DNA of 64,000 nt, from IMG/VR virus record IMGVR_UViG_3300037067_002612, positions 1 to 64,000 of that record; one strand, written 5' to 3'. The DNA comes from a virus. Its lineage: Duplodnaviria; Caudoviricetes. The position numbers were made by a program, and so were the translations under genes. This document shows, in pieces, positions 55,896 through 64,000 of this stretch (position 1 is its first letter; the number at the start of each line of letters is the position of its first letter). Under the pieces are notes generated by a model. That model made no database searches and was not told where the DNA came from. It was given only the letters and a program-made list of their open reading frames with translations.

Positions 55896-57564
55896 AGCCA
55901 GTTTCCTTAGCACCGGATACGGCGTTTATGGAAATGAGATTCTCCATAGATTACACGATACTGGCAAATATGAAATAGCCGAAATGGGCGTTTATTCTTC
56001 GTCTAATGACCCACTTGCTAATAATTTGCCGTGGTTGTACTATGGATGTTTACCAGACACGCCAGAGCAAAACGTAGAATACAACTCACAGCTAGCAAAC
56101 CAGTGGGGTTTATGGAGATTTGAAGAAGTATGTTTAGACTTTAAGCCAGATATTGTAATAGATACGAGAGATTGGTGGGCCGGTGAATTTGTATCACGGT
56201 CTCCGTTCAGGAGATTCTTTCATTGGAGTATTATGCCGACCGTGGACAGTGCCCCTCAAATGGAACAATGGTTAGCAACATATTTAGATGCAGACTCACT
56301 GTGTACTTATACAGAGTTTGGACGAGACACCCTTAATACCGAGACTAACGGAAAAATAAAATTCCGTGGAATTCCAAGCCCTAGTGCAAATTACAACATA
56401 TTTAAACCAGTTGGAGACAAACAAAAGCATAAAGAGTTGTTTGGCTTAGATGGGGATGTCTGTATTGTCGGTACAATAATGAGAAACCAAAAACGCAAGT
56501 TATATCCTGATTTAATACTTGCATTTAAGAAGTTTTTGGAACAGTCTCATAGAGACATCAGTGATAAAGTATACTTATATTTACATACGTCGTATCCAGA
56601 TATAGGATGGGATATCCCAAGGCTTATTCGAGAGTCAGGTATAGGACATAGAATTCTTTGTACATATATTTGTAGTAATTGTGGACATGTATGCTGTTCT
56701 GTTTTTAATGACGCAACCCAAGTATGTAGGCAATGCCATAGACCTACTGCTAAATTACCATCTGTATCACATGGAGTTAGTACGAAGGACTTAGCTGCTA
56801 TTATTAATTTGTTTGATGTATATGTACAATACGCTATCGCGGAGGGCCTTGGAATGCCTGCTATTGAGGCAGCTTCATGTGGTGTCCCAGTTATGGCTGT
56901 AGACTATTCTGGTATGGCGTCTGTTCTTAAAAACATTCAAGGAATTCCTATTAAAGTACAACGATTTTTCCGTGAGTCTGAGACACATGCTTATAGGGCT
57001 CTGCCGGATAATCAAGATTTAGCTGATAAATTATCCAAATTTTTTACTATATCTATTGACAATCAACGTGGTTTAGGTCGTCAAACAGCCATAGCGTGTC
57101 GCCAAGCATACTCATGGGAGAAAGCAGTAAATATCTGGGAAAACATTATAGATGGAGTTGTTATAAAACCGTTAGAACAAACGTGGGATAGTCCACCTAG
57201 AGTTATCACACCAAATTTAAATATCCCTAATAATTTGACCCAAGATGAATTTGTGAGATGGTGTGTAGTAAATGTATGGGGCGAGCCCAGTCAACTAAAC
57301 TCATATGTAGTTATGCGTATGGTAAGAGACTTACATTATGGTGAGGCCATTTCAGGTTTTGGAGGTCCATATTACTCTGAGGATAGTTTAATCATTGAAC
57401 AGCCTAAATACAGAACATTTGATAAGCAGGAAGTGCTAGGGGCATTAAAAAAAATGGGTGATACACGCAATTATTGGGAGGAAAGGCGGGCTGGTCTAGT
57501 ACAGGTGGACACGCCTATTTATATTCAACGAGCACATAATAGGGTAAAACATCATGTCGTATAA
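55861..57564 (+). CDS. glycosyltransferase family 4 with Cys-rich insert
   Basis: TGYG, RNQ.RK, C..C...C..C insert, EGLGMPAIEAASCGVP. Confidence 0.85.
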   Translation: MTRKPKILWMNEASFLSTGYGVYGNEILHRLHDTGKYEIAEMGVYSSSNDPLANNLPWLYYGCLPDTPEQNVEYNSQLANQWGLWRFEEVCLDFKPDIVIDTRDWWAGEFVSRSPFRRFFHWSIMPTVDSAPQMEQWLATYLDADSLCTYTEFGRDTLNTETNGKIKFRGIPSPSANYNIFKPVGDKQKHKELFGLDGDVCIVGTIMRNQKRKLYPDLILAFKKFLEQSHRDISDKVYLYLHTSYPDIGWDIPRLIRESGIGHRILCTYICSNCGHVCCSVFNDATQVCRQCHRPTAKLPSVSHGVSTKDLAAIINLFDVYVQYAIAEGLGMPAIEAASCGVPVMAVDYSGMASVLKNIQGIPIKVQRFFRESETHAYRALPDNQDLADKLSKFFTISIDNQRGLGRQTAIACRQAYSWEKAVNIWENIIDGVVIKPLEQTWDSPPRVITPNLNIPNNLTQDEFVRWCVVNVWGEPSQLNSYVVMRMVRDLHYGEAISGFGGPYYSEDSLIIEQPKYRTFDKQEVLGALKKMGDTRNYWEERRAGLVQVDTPIYIQRAHNRVKHHVV

Positions 57565-58717
57565 AGTATTATACATAGGTAATTGGAAAGACGGCGGCGG
57601 GTGGAGCACCGCTGCCCAAAATGCCATTTTAGCAATGGACAGTGTTGGTATTGATGTTGTGCCACGGCACGTTACTTCGAGTGATACATCTCATCGTCAA
57701 CAAGAAATCCCAGAGCGATTATTGGAGCTAGAACAAAAAAGGGCCACTGGATGTGATATTTGTATACAACATTTATTGCCTCATATGATGGAGTATGACG
57801 GTCATTTTAAGTTAAATATTGGTAGATTCGACTATGAGACATCCAACTTTAATCATACATACTGGGCGAGACACCTAAACACGATGGACCATATTTTTGT
57901 GTCAAACCCTTATATGCAGGAAGTATGTAAAAATAGCAATGTCACCACGCCGACATCTGTAATTCCACATTGCTTTGATATTTCAAAATATTCTCAGTAT
58001 TATAAAGATTATGAAATACCAGCCTTAAAAGACCAATTTGTATTTTACACAATTGGAGAAGTAATTAGACGAAAGAATCTGGCGGGCTTAATTAAGGCAT
58101 TTCACCTAGAATTCCGACCATATGAGCCTGTTACTTTACTAATTAAGGGTCATATGATGGGATTATCTCCTGCTGAAACTAACGAAAAAATTAAAAAACT
58201 TATTGAAGAAATTAAAAGAGGGCTTCGACTATATCCTAATATTACAGACTACCATAATGAAGTAATTATAACACAGTGGATGAAAGACGAAGAAATATTA
58301 CGCTTACATAAAACATGCGATTGTTTTGTATCCGCGTCTTATGGAGAAGCATGGAATATTCCTGGTTTTGAAGCAATGGCAATGGGTAAGCCTGTTATCC
58401 TAAACAATGAAGGTGGTCCTAAGTATTACATTGAAAATCTAAAATCTGGGTTATTATTGAGAAATGTTACCGAAGAAGTATTTATGCCACCAAGTGAAAT
58501 CCCGGTTGACGGCATTTGGACAGGGGATGAATCATGGCATAAACCGTCAGTGCAACACTTAAGACAATTAATGAGGAAGATATACCAAGACGAAGAAATC
58601 CGCTGTTTACTAGGCAACCACGGGATTGACAGAGCGTATGACTTTTCGTATAATATAGTAGGTAATCTTATAAACAACACTTTACAAAAACTATTGGATA
58701 TTACTAATGAGCGGTAA
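57554..58717 (+). CDS. glycosyltransferase family 4
   Basis: RRKN, DCFVSAS.GEAWNIP.FEAMAMGKPVI. Confidence 0.85.
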   Translation: MSYKVLYIGNWKDGGGWSTAAQNAILAMDSVGIDVVPRHVTSSDTSHRQQEIPERLLELEQKRATGCDICIQHLLPHMMEYDGHFKLNIGRFDYETSNFNHTYWARHLNTMDHIFVSNPYMQEVCKNSNVTTPTSVIPHCFDISKYSQYYKDYEIPALKDQFVFYTIGEVIRRKNLAGLIKAFHLEFRPYEPVTLLIKGHMMGLSPAETNEKIKKLIEEIKRGLRLYPNITDYHNEVIITQWMKDEEILRLHKTCDCFVSASYGEAWNIPGFEAMAMGKPVILNNEGGPKYYIENLKSGLLLRNVTEEVFMPPSEIPVDGIWTGDESWHKPSVQHLRQLMRKIYQDEEIRCLLGNHGIDRAYDFSYNIVGNLINNTLQKLLDITNER

Positions 58718-59258
58718 TTTATTTTTTGCTGTTGGTATGGCACGTTCTGGCAAAAGCACTGCGTGTAAGAAATGGGCATATGGAGACGCAGATATCGTAG
58801 ATGGAATTATGATTGACGATAATACTCCGTATAGAAATAGAATTATAACTTCTCCGCGAGTTGTTGTATCAGCAGACGCCATACGACTCACCATCACAGG
58901 TCAAGAGTGGTTTTTACCAGCAGAACCACAAATATATTCTGTATATTATACCATGATAAGGACACTACTGTCACAAAATTATGATGTTCTGGCAGATGAA
59001 ACCAATACATCCGATGCAAGTATTGCTAAATTACTTGAAATTGATATGCACGCATCTTTTTTCTTACAATACACATCTTTGAAAACATGTCTCGAAAGAG
59101 CTATAGAAACTAATACACCAGAACTAGTTCCTGTTATTTCGCGTCATTACAAAAATTTGGTTGGTAATTTAACCAGTATAAATCAATCGACAATTTTAAC
59201 ATATACACAACAGCGAATACAAAATATTACATTAGCGCTCTTAAATCAAAAAATATAA
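58707..59258 (+). CDS. P-loop kinase (AAA_33/PNK-like)
   Basis: GMARSGKST, SADAIR, DETN, C.ERA. Confidence 0.75.
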   Translation: MSGNLFFAVGMARSGKSTACKKWAYGDADIVDGIMIDDNTPYRNRIITSPRVVVSADAIRLTITGQEWFLPAEPQIYSVYYTMIRTLLSQNYDVLADETNTSDASIAKLLEIDMHASFFLQYTSLKTCLERAIETNTPELVPVISRHYKNLVGNLTSINQSTILTYTQQRIQNITLALLNQKI

Positions 59259-60268
59259 TGCCAACATCAGTACAATGTTTAATTAAACGAAGTGTCAATG
59301 AACAACCACTGAATATATTGACATTCCCTACACACGAACGATATGAGACCTCCCTAGCAGCAACGGGACATAATTTTTATTCCATTCGTATAGCCGGTAT
59401 GAAAGATTGGAATACGAACTACGCCGCTGTTCCGTCAAATTATACGTTATTGCCGGTCAGCGACAGCTCTCTTATATTGCCCGTGTGGATAGTACCAGAT
59501 TTAATTTTAAGTCAACATAAAGCTGGACAATTTCAAATAGCACAGAATATAGCAAGACAATTAAAAATCCCTCACATAAGTCTAGAACACAGACTCCCGA
59601 CAAATAAGCAGGAAGCAGCAAGTGTACAGGGCTTATTGGGCGACACCAACGTGTTTGTTTCAGAATACCAGGCAGAACAATGGCAAGTAGATAATTGTGA
59701 GATTAACCATACTGGTATAGATACTGATTTATTTATTCCACCCATCACCCCACAAAGACAACCTTGGGCTTTATCGGTAGTCAACGACTGGATAAAAAGA
59801 GATTTTCACTGTGGGTTTTACTTATGGAAAGAAACGGTAGGATTTAAAGATAATAAATATAAACATATACCATGTGAAGTATTAGGAGACACGCCCGGAT
59901 TATCTAAGCCTGCACCCGATATTGCAACACTCGTGCAATATTATCAAAAAGCAGGTGTATTTCTTAATACTACTCTTAATTCATCATTGCCGACAGTTAT
60001 TTTAGAAGCCATGTCATGTGGTTGCCCGGTAGTAAGTACAGGAACCTGTTTAATACCTAAAATCATTATTGAACACGGGGTTAATGGACTAATTGGAAAT
60101 GATGCCACTGAACTTAGACAACATACGCACTTCCTGCTTAATAATCCTGACGAAGCACATCGTATTGGAATGGCGGGTCGCAAAACCATAGAAGACAAAT
60201 TTTCACAAAAACAGTTTGTACAACGATGGAATGAAATTTTTACTAAAACAATGGATAATTATAAATGA
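59258..60268 (+). CDS. glycosyltransferase family 4
   Basis: THERYE, GIDT..F, FLNT....P..ILEAMSCGCPVVST. Confidence 0.85.
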   Translation: MPTSVQCLIKRSVNEQPLNILTFPTHERYETSLAATGHNFYSIRIAGMKDWNTNYAAVPSNYTLLPVSDSSLILPVWIVPDLILSQHKAGQFQIAQNIARQLKIPHISLEHRLPTNKQEAASVQGLLGDTNVFVSEYQAEQWQVDNCEINHTGIDTDLFIPPITPQRQPWALSVVNDWIKRDFHCGFYLWKETVGFKDNKYKHIPCEVLGDTPGLSKPAPDIATLVQYYQKAGVFLNTTLNSSLPTVILEAMSCGCPVVSTGTCLIPKIIIEHGVNGLIGNDATELRQHTHFLLNNPDEAHRIGMAGRKTIEDKFSQKQFVQRWNEIFTKTMDNYK

Positions 60269-61350
60269 TAATAGGAATTCCAAAGGAAATAAAAACTGGA
60301 GAGCAACGAGTATCTTTACTGGCCGACCAAGTAAAAATATTGGTTGATGATGGTCACACTGTATTAGTTGAATCCAACGCAGGTCATTGTGCATTTTGTA
60401 CCAACGAAGAGTATAGTAAAGCCGGTGCAGTCATATTGAATTCTCACGCGGAAGTATTTAATAAAAGTGAGTTAATTGTAAAGGTCAAAGAAATTTTACA
60501 ATCAGAGTATAGCTTATTAAGGCCGTCTTTGATTATTGTAGGATATTTACATACTGCTGCCAACAAAGAAGAAACAGACCAGTTTTTACAACGTCATATT
60601 ACATCTTTTTCTGCTGAGGAAATGTTTTCTCAATGTTGCCCAAGTGCCGTATTAGCTGGAGAAATTGGAGCGTTAGAAGGAATCGCTCTTGTCAGAAGTT
60701 GTAGTGGTATACACTGTATCAATTATTATAATGGGATACCATTAAAAGTAGTTGTGTTGGGATTAGGTACGGTTGGTCAAGGAGCATTGCGTACTACTAT
60801 AAATATGGGTTGTTGTGTTAGAGGTTTTAATCAATCTTCCGACACTGTACGAGCACAGACCAATTTAACATGGTATAAATATAATTTTGTGGCACTTCCA
60901 ATTACACAACTACATGATTATTTATATGATTGTAATTTAATTATAAATTGTGTCAAATGGGACAAAACACGAAATGACCATCTTATTTATCAAAGTGATT
61001 TAGGAGAGTTGAAAAAAAATTGTGTTATTGTAGATATATCATGCGATAAACATGGTGCTGTTGAAACATGTTCGCCGACCACATGGGAAAAACCAACTTA
61101 TTCTAAGAATGGTGTTTGTCACTTTTGCGTAGACAACATACCAAGTATTGTTCCTGTCACAGCCTCACAAAGCTATGCGGCTTGCTTGATAGAATATATA
61201 AGACAAATTGCTTCACTAGGAGTGATGGACGCTTGTGTAGCCAATTCTATGATAAAAAATGGATTAACAACCCATAACGGTCACTTAATATTATCAGAAA
61301 CAGGTTTATACCAAAGAAGAAACTATGTCACTTTAGACAAACTAAGTTAA
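60265..61350 (+). CDS. ald: alanine dehydrogenase-like protein
   Basis: IGIPKEIK.GE.RV, VKVKE, YLH.AA, G.G.VG, VDIS.D..G.VET..PTT, V.NIP..VP.TAS. Confidence 0.8.
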   Translation: MIIGIPKEIKTGEQRVSLLADQVKILVDDGHTVLVESNAGHCAFCTNEEYSKAGAVILNSHAEVFNKSELIVKVKEILQSEYSLLRPSLIIVGYLHTAANKEETDQFLQRHITSFSAEEMFSQCCPSAVLAGEIGALEGIALVRSCSGIHCINYYNGIPLKVVVLGLGTVGQGALRTTINMGCCVRGFNQSSDTVRAQTNLTWYKYNFVALPITQLHDYLYDCNLIINCVKWDKTRNDHLIYQSDLGELKKNCVIVDISCDKHGAVETCSPTTWEKPTYSKNGVCHFCVDNIPSIVPVTASQSYAACLIEYIRQIASLGVMDACVANSMIKNGLTTHNGHLILSETGLYQRRNYVTLDKLS

Positions 61351-61380
61351 AATCAATTGCTATATACAGGAAAGTTATAA

Positions 61381-61830
61381 ATGAAAGTACATTTACATAT
61401 TAATCCAGAAGAAGCCATGTCTGGTTATACAAATATTTGCTTGGGTTATAATCACTGGAAAGAAGAAGTAGATGTTCGTGTCAGTGATGCAGAAGCCAAA
61501 GAGCTAATAGCAAATAATATATTAGAATACGTTAAGTTATCTGACGTGTTAAATACACTGGAATACCTAATCAGTAAAATCCGTCACGGCGGCAGGTTAA
61601 TTATTTCTGGTACTGATATAGATAGTGTCGCTCAAGATTATTGCCAACATAAATTGACCATTGAAGAACTTAATATTTTGATACATGGAGACCAACGAGA
61701 TATATCAAATGTCAAGTTAGTCACATTATCTATGAATGACTTAATTAGTTTTCTAACAAAATCTGGATTTAACATTTTGCGTAAAACATACCATGAATAT
61801 ATCTATATAATTGAGGCACAGCGACAATGA
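61381..61830 (+). CDS. methyltransferase-like protein (truncated fold)
   Basis: GY.NI, ILEY, K.R.GG.L.I...D. Confidence 0.5.
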   Translation: MKVHLHINPEEAMSGYTNICLGYNHWKEEVDVRVSDAEAKELIANNILEYVKLSDVLNTLEYLISKIRHGGRLIISGTDIDSVAQDYCQHKLTIEELNILIHGDQRDISNVKLVTLSMNDLISFLTKSGFNILRKTYHEYIYIIEAQRQ

Positions 61831-62567
61831 GCACTATTGTAAAAACAACATGTCCAACCTGTATTTTTTGGAATAAGTATGACACGACAGACAAGTGGTG
61901 TTATATGGGAGTTTGGGGAAAAGTATCACAACAAAAATACAGAAATGTTTCTATTGACAGTAATAACTGTTTACTTAATTTTACATGTCCGTTTTACAGA
62001 CCGTCACAGTGGCGTGAAACCGACCAATGTAGTATTTCTATTTGTGTAGACAGAGCCAAACGAGAAACACACTTACAATATGATGTTGTGATTTGGTTTG
62101 ATAATAGGATGACTATAGAAGACCTACAAACAACACTTACATCCATACAAGATATAACCCCCATACCAAATAAAGTATTTATTGTTAATAATAACAGTAT
62201 AATTAAGCCAAGCAATCTTATTACGTTAATGGCTAATTTTAAATTACCGTGGCAAATAGAAACTTTTACGCAAAAAATGCGAATATCGCGTGGACTTAAT
62301 CTGATTACTCAAAAAACTAATAGCATATTTGTATTTTATTGCTTGGCAGGATATTCACCATCTAAAGCTATGTTTAACAAACTAGATAAATATTTATATG
62401 ATGACCTACAAAGACTGCTGATGCTATTACCGACAGATAGTATTAATAATATGATGGTTATGAGACATTTATGGAAATTACTTGGACCAACACATGTACT
62501 TGAAAAAGCCAGAACTCTCCAGAGGGAAAAACCATGTCTGATTCAGTCAGCACAAGAGTGGGTATAA
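61827..62567 (+). CDS. Cys-rich, degenerate GT2-like protein
   Basis: C..C.F N-terminus; L..TL.SI......V.IV.N. Confidence 0.45.
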   Translation: MSTIVKTTCPTCIFWNKYDTTDKWCYMGVWGKVSQQKYRNVSIDSNNCLLNFTCPFYRPSQWRETDQCSISICVDRAKRETHLQYDVVIWFDNRMTIEDLQTTLTSIQDITPIPNKVFIVNNNSIIKPSNLITLMANFKLPWQIETFTQKMRISRGLNLITQKTNSIFVFYCLAGYSPSKAMFNKLDKYLYDDLQRLLMLLPTDSINNMMVMRHLWKLLGPTHVLEKARTLQREKPCLIQSAQEWV

Positions 62568-63322
62568 TTATTCCATGTTATAATCATGGTAAGTATATTC
62601 AACAAGCATTAGATAGTATAATTTTGCAAGACTACCCCCACGATTTAATCCGTGTGTGTATTGTCGATGATTGTTCTACTGATGATTCTGTACAAGAAAT
62701 ACTAGCTTTAATTAACCCGTTAGCAGACCCAATATTTAATACTGAATATATGGTTTGGTCTACTGGAGAATATTATGATATACAAGTTATTTTAGCTAAA
62801 CATAAAGTAAATCGTAAACAAGCAGCAGCACGAAATCTAGCGATTAATCTATTATTAGATAATGTGGATACATTTTGTCAATTAGACGCAGATGACCTTT
62901 ATCTTCCAGGCAAATTATCAAAGTCTGTCGCTTTATATGAAAAATATTCTGAGTGGACTGGACTCGTATATAGTGATGCTATAATACATGACCTACGTGA
63001 CAACACATATGTTAGAGAATTTCGTGAGCCATATTCTTATATAAGACTTCAACAAGAAAATATTATATCCAACGCTCCATTGATTGCAAAAAAAGCACTA
63101 TTAGATGTGGGTCTATATGATGAAGAATTACCACCATGTGAAGATTGGGATTTGTGGTTAAGAATTGCAGAACAGTTTGTAATCTTTCATATACCAGAGG
63201 CATTACAACAATATACTGTCACTGGTCAAAATTGTACATTTACAGTCCCGGTGACACATTGGCAACAACAATGGTCGCGTATACAACAAAAAATAAAGGA
63301 ACGGCATGTCATTAGCACATAG
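62534..63322 (+). CDS. glycosyltransferase family 2
   Basis: IIPCYN, VDDCSTD, ARN, LDADD, EDWDLWLR. Confidence 0.9.
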   Translation: MSDSVSTRVGIIIPCYNHGKYIQQALDSIILQDYPHDLIRVCIVDDCSTDDSVQEILALINPLADPIFNTEYMVWSTGEYYDIQVILAKHKVNRKQAAARNLAINLLLDNVDTFCQLDADDLYLPGKLSKSVALYEKYSEWTGLVYSDAIIHDLRDNTYVREFREPYSYIRLQQENIISNAPLIAKKALLDVGLYDEELPPCEDWDLWLRIAEQFVIFHIPEALQQYTVTGQNCTFTVPVTHWQQQWSRIQQKIKERHVIST

Positions 63323-64000
63323 GCATATTGCACCAGTAAAATCATCAGTTATACCTGATAGTATAAGCTTTATTATTACCGGGGCTGGAATAAGCCACAA
63401 AATGAAAACGCGTGGACCAATTGGGTTACTGCCAATGCACCGTGGTATATTCCTTTTCGAGCACCAAGTGAAAACTATTCTCAGTGTATACCCACATGCC
63501 GATATTATATATGTGTCGGGATTTGAACACAGTAAATTACGAGAAGCCATATATGGACAATACCCCGTAAGATTAATATGTAATGAAAATTATCAAGAAA
63601 CCAACACTGCTTATAGTATAAGTTTGGCATTAGACGCAATATATGCAAGCATAGTTTTTGTTATACATGGAGATATTCTTTTTAATCATACTGCAATTCA
63701 GTGTTTAGATAATAAATCCAGTATATTATCAGCAGGAAGTGCATGTGTGATAGATGAAAATAAGCCTGGTATTAAAGAGTTGAATGGTAAGGCTGTATCA
63801 CTGGCCCACGACTTAAATCCTCGATGGTCACAGGTTTTGAGAGTGCAGGATAAAGAGTTGACATTACTGAGGAATATAGTATTTAATTATAAGTTATCAC
63901 AGAGATGGTTTACTTATGAGGTAATTAATAAGATAATTAGCCGGAAGGGGAGTGTAGCCGTCTGTGAAAATCAAAATGCTAAGGTCATAGAGATTAATAA
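63306..64000 (+). CDS. sugar/choline nucleotidyltransferase-like protein (partial, runs off window)
   Basis: II.GAG...MK..GP..LL, VSGF, NENYQETN..YS, HGDILF; open to the window end. Confidence 0.7.
   Translation, partial: MSLAHRHIAPVKSSVIPDSISFIITGAGISHKMKTRGPIGLLPMHRGIFLFEHQVKTILSVYPHADIIYVSGFEHSKLREAIYGQYPVRLICNENYQETNTAYSISLALDAIYASIVFVIHGDILFNHTAIQCLDNKSSILSAGSACVIDENKPGIKELNGKAVSLAHDLNPRWSQVLRVQDKELTLLRNIVFNYKLSQRWFTYEVINKIISRKGSVAVCENQNAKVIEIN

Larger units (their letters stand above)
1067..63743. repeat. dispersed motif TNRGCAGGAAGT(GCA), at least 21 copies
   Basis: GCAGGAAGT on + at 1070, 8085, 13960, 17423, 37276, 42905, 46289, 49513, 57426, 57916, 63732; ACTTCCTGC (motif on -) at 2077, 14878, 20644, 24725, 31734, 33527, 39909, 44001, 47871, 60129. 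Confidence 0.95.

Noticed and set aside
918-63550. Minus-strand and nested alternative-frame ORFs in the ORF track
   Set aside because: They lie opposite or inside well-supported + strand genes and have no recognisable motifs; treated as shadow ORFs.
1067-63743. Dispersed motif as a CRISPR repeat, IS end or promoter
   Set aside because: Copies are 9-18 bp, kilobases apart, in both orientations, inside intact genes, with no spacers or transposase.
1-64000. Stop-codon reassignment (TAG=Gln or TGA=Trp/Gly)
   Set aside because: Long genes such as nrdJ and dnaE part 3 have no internal TAG/TGA, and both codons end genes at expected positions. The interruptions are local.

Overview
64 kb of an AT-rich, gene-dense large (jumbo-type) bacteriophage genome. 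All credible genes are on the + strand and use the standard code. The SSB, the secreted CAP protein and the protease resemble Planctomycetota proteins, so that host is inferred, not shown. Contents: a replication/recombination block (SSB, RecA, DnaB, DnaG, dNMP kinase, PD-(D/E)XK nuclease, DnaE in three ORFs); nucleotide metabolism (NrdJ, purine PRTase, GMP reductase); RNA repair (ligase + PNK); a tmRNA; a tRNA-Ile(UAU); two sigma-like proteins; ClpP; about 15 glycan-modification genes; and five inteins. Most striking signals: (1) a non-palindromic motif TNRGCAGGAAGT(GCA) with at least 21 exact 9-mer cores, about every 3 kb, on both strands, inside unrelated genes and in four different reading frames; (2) an 11-nt insert (TCT|TAGGTGGGTCT) interrupting the PHP motif of dnaE, with matched take-off/landing codons suggesting translational bypassing; (3) a tripartite DnaE whose first two parts are separated by one in-frame TAG; (4) apparent total avoidance of GATC. 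All counts were made by eye.
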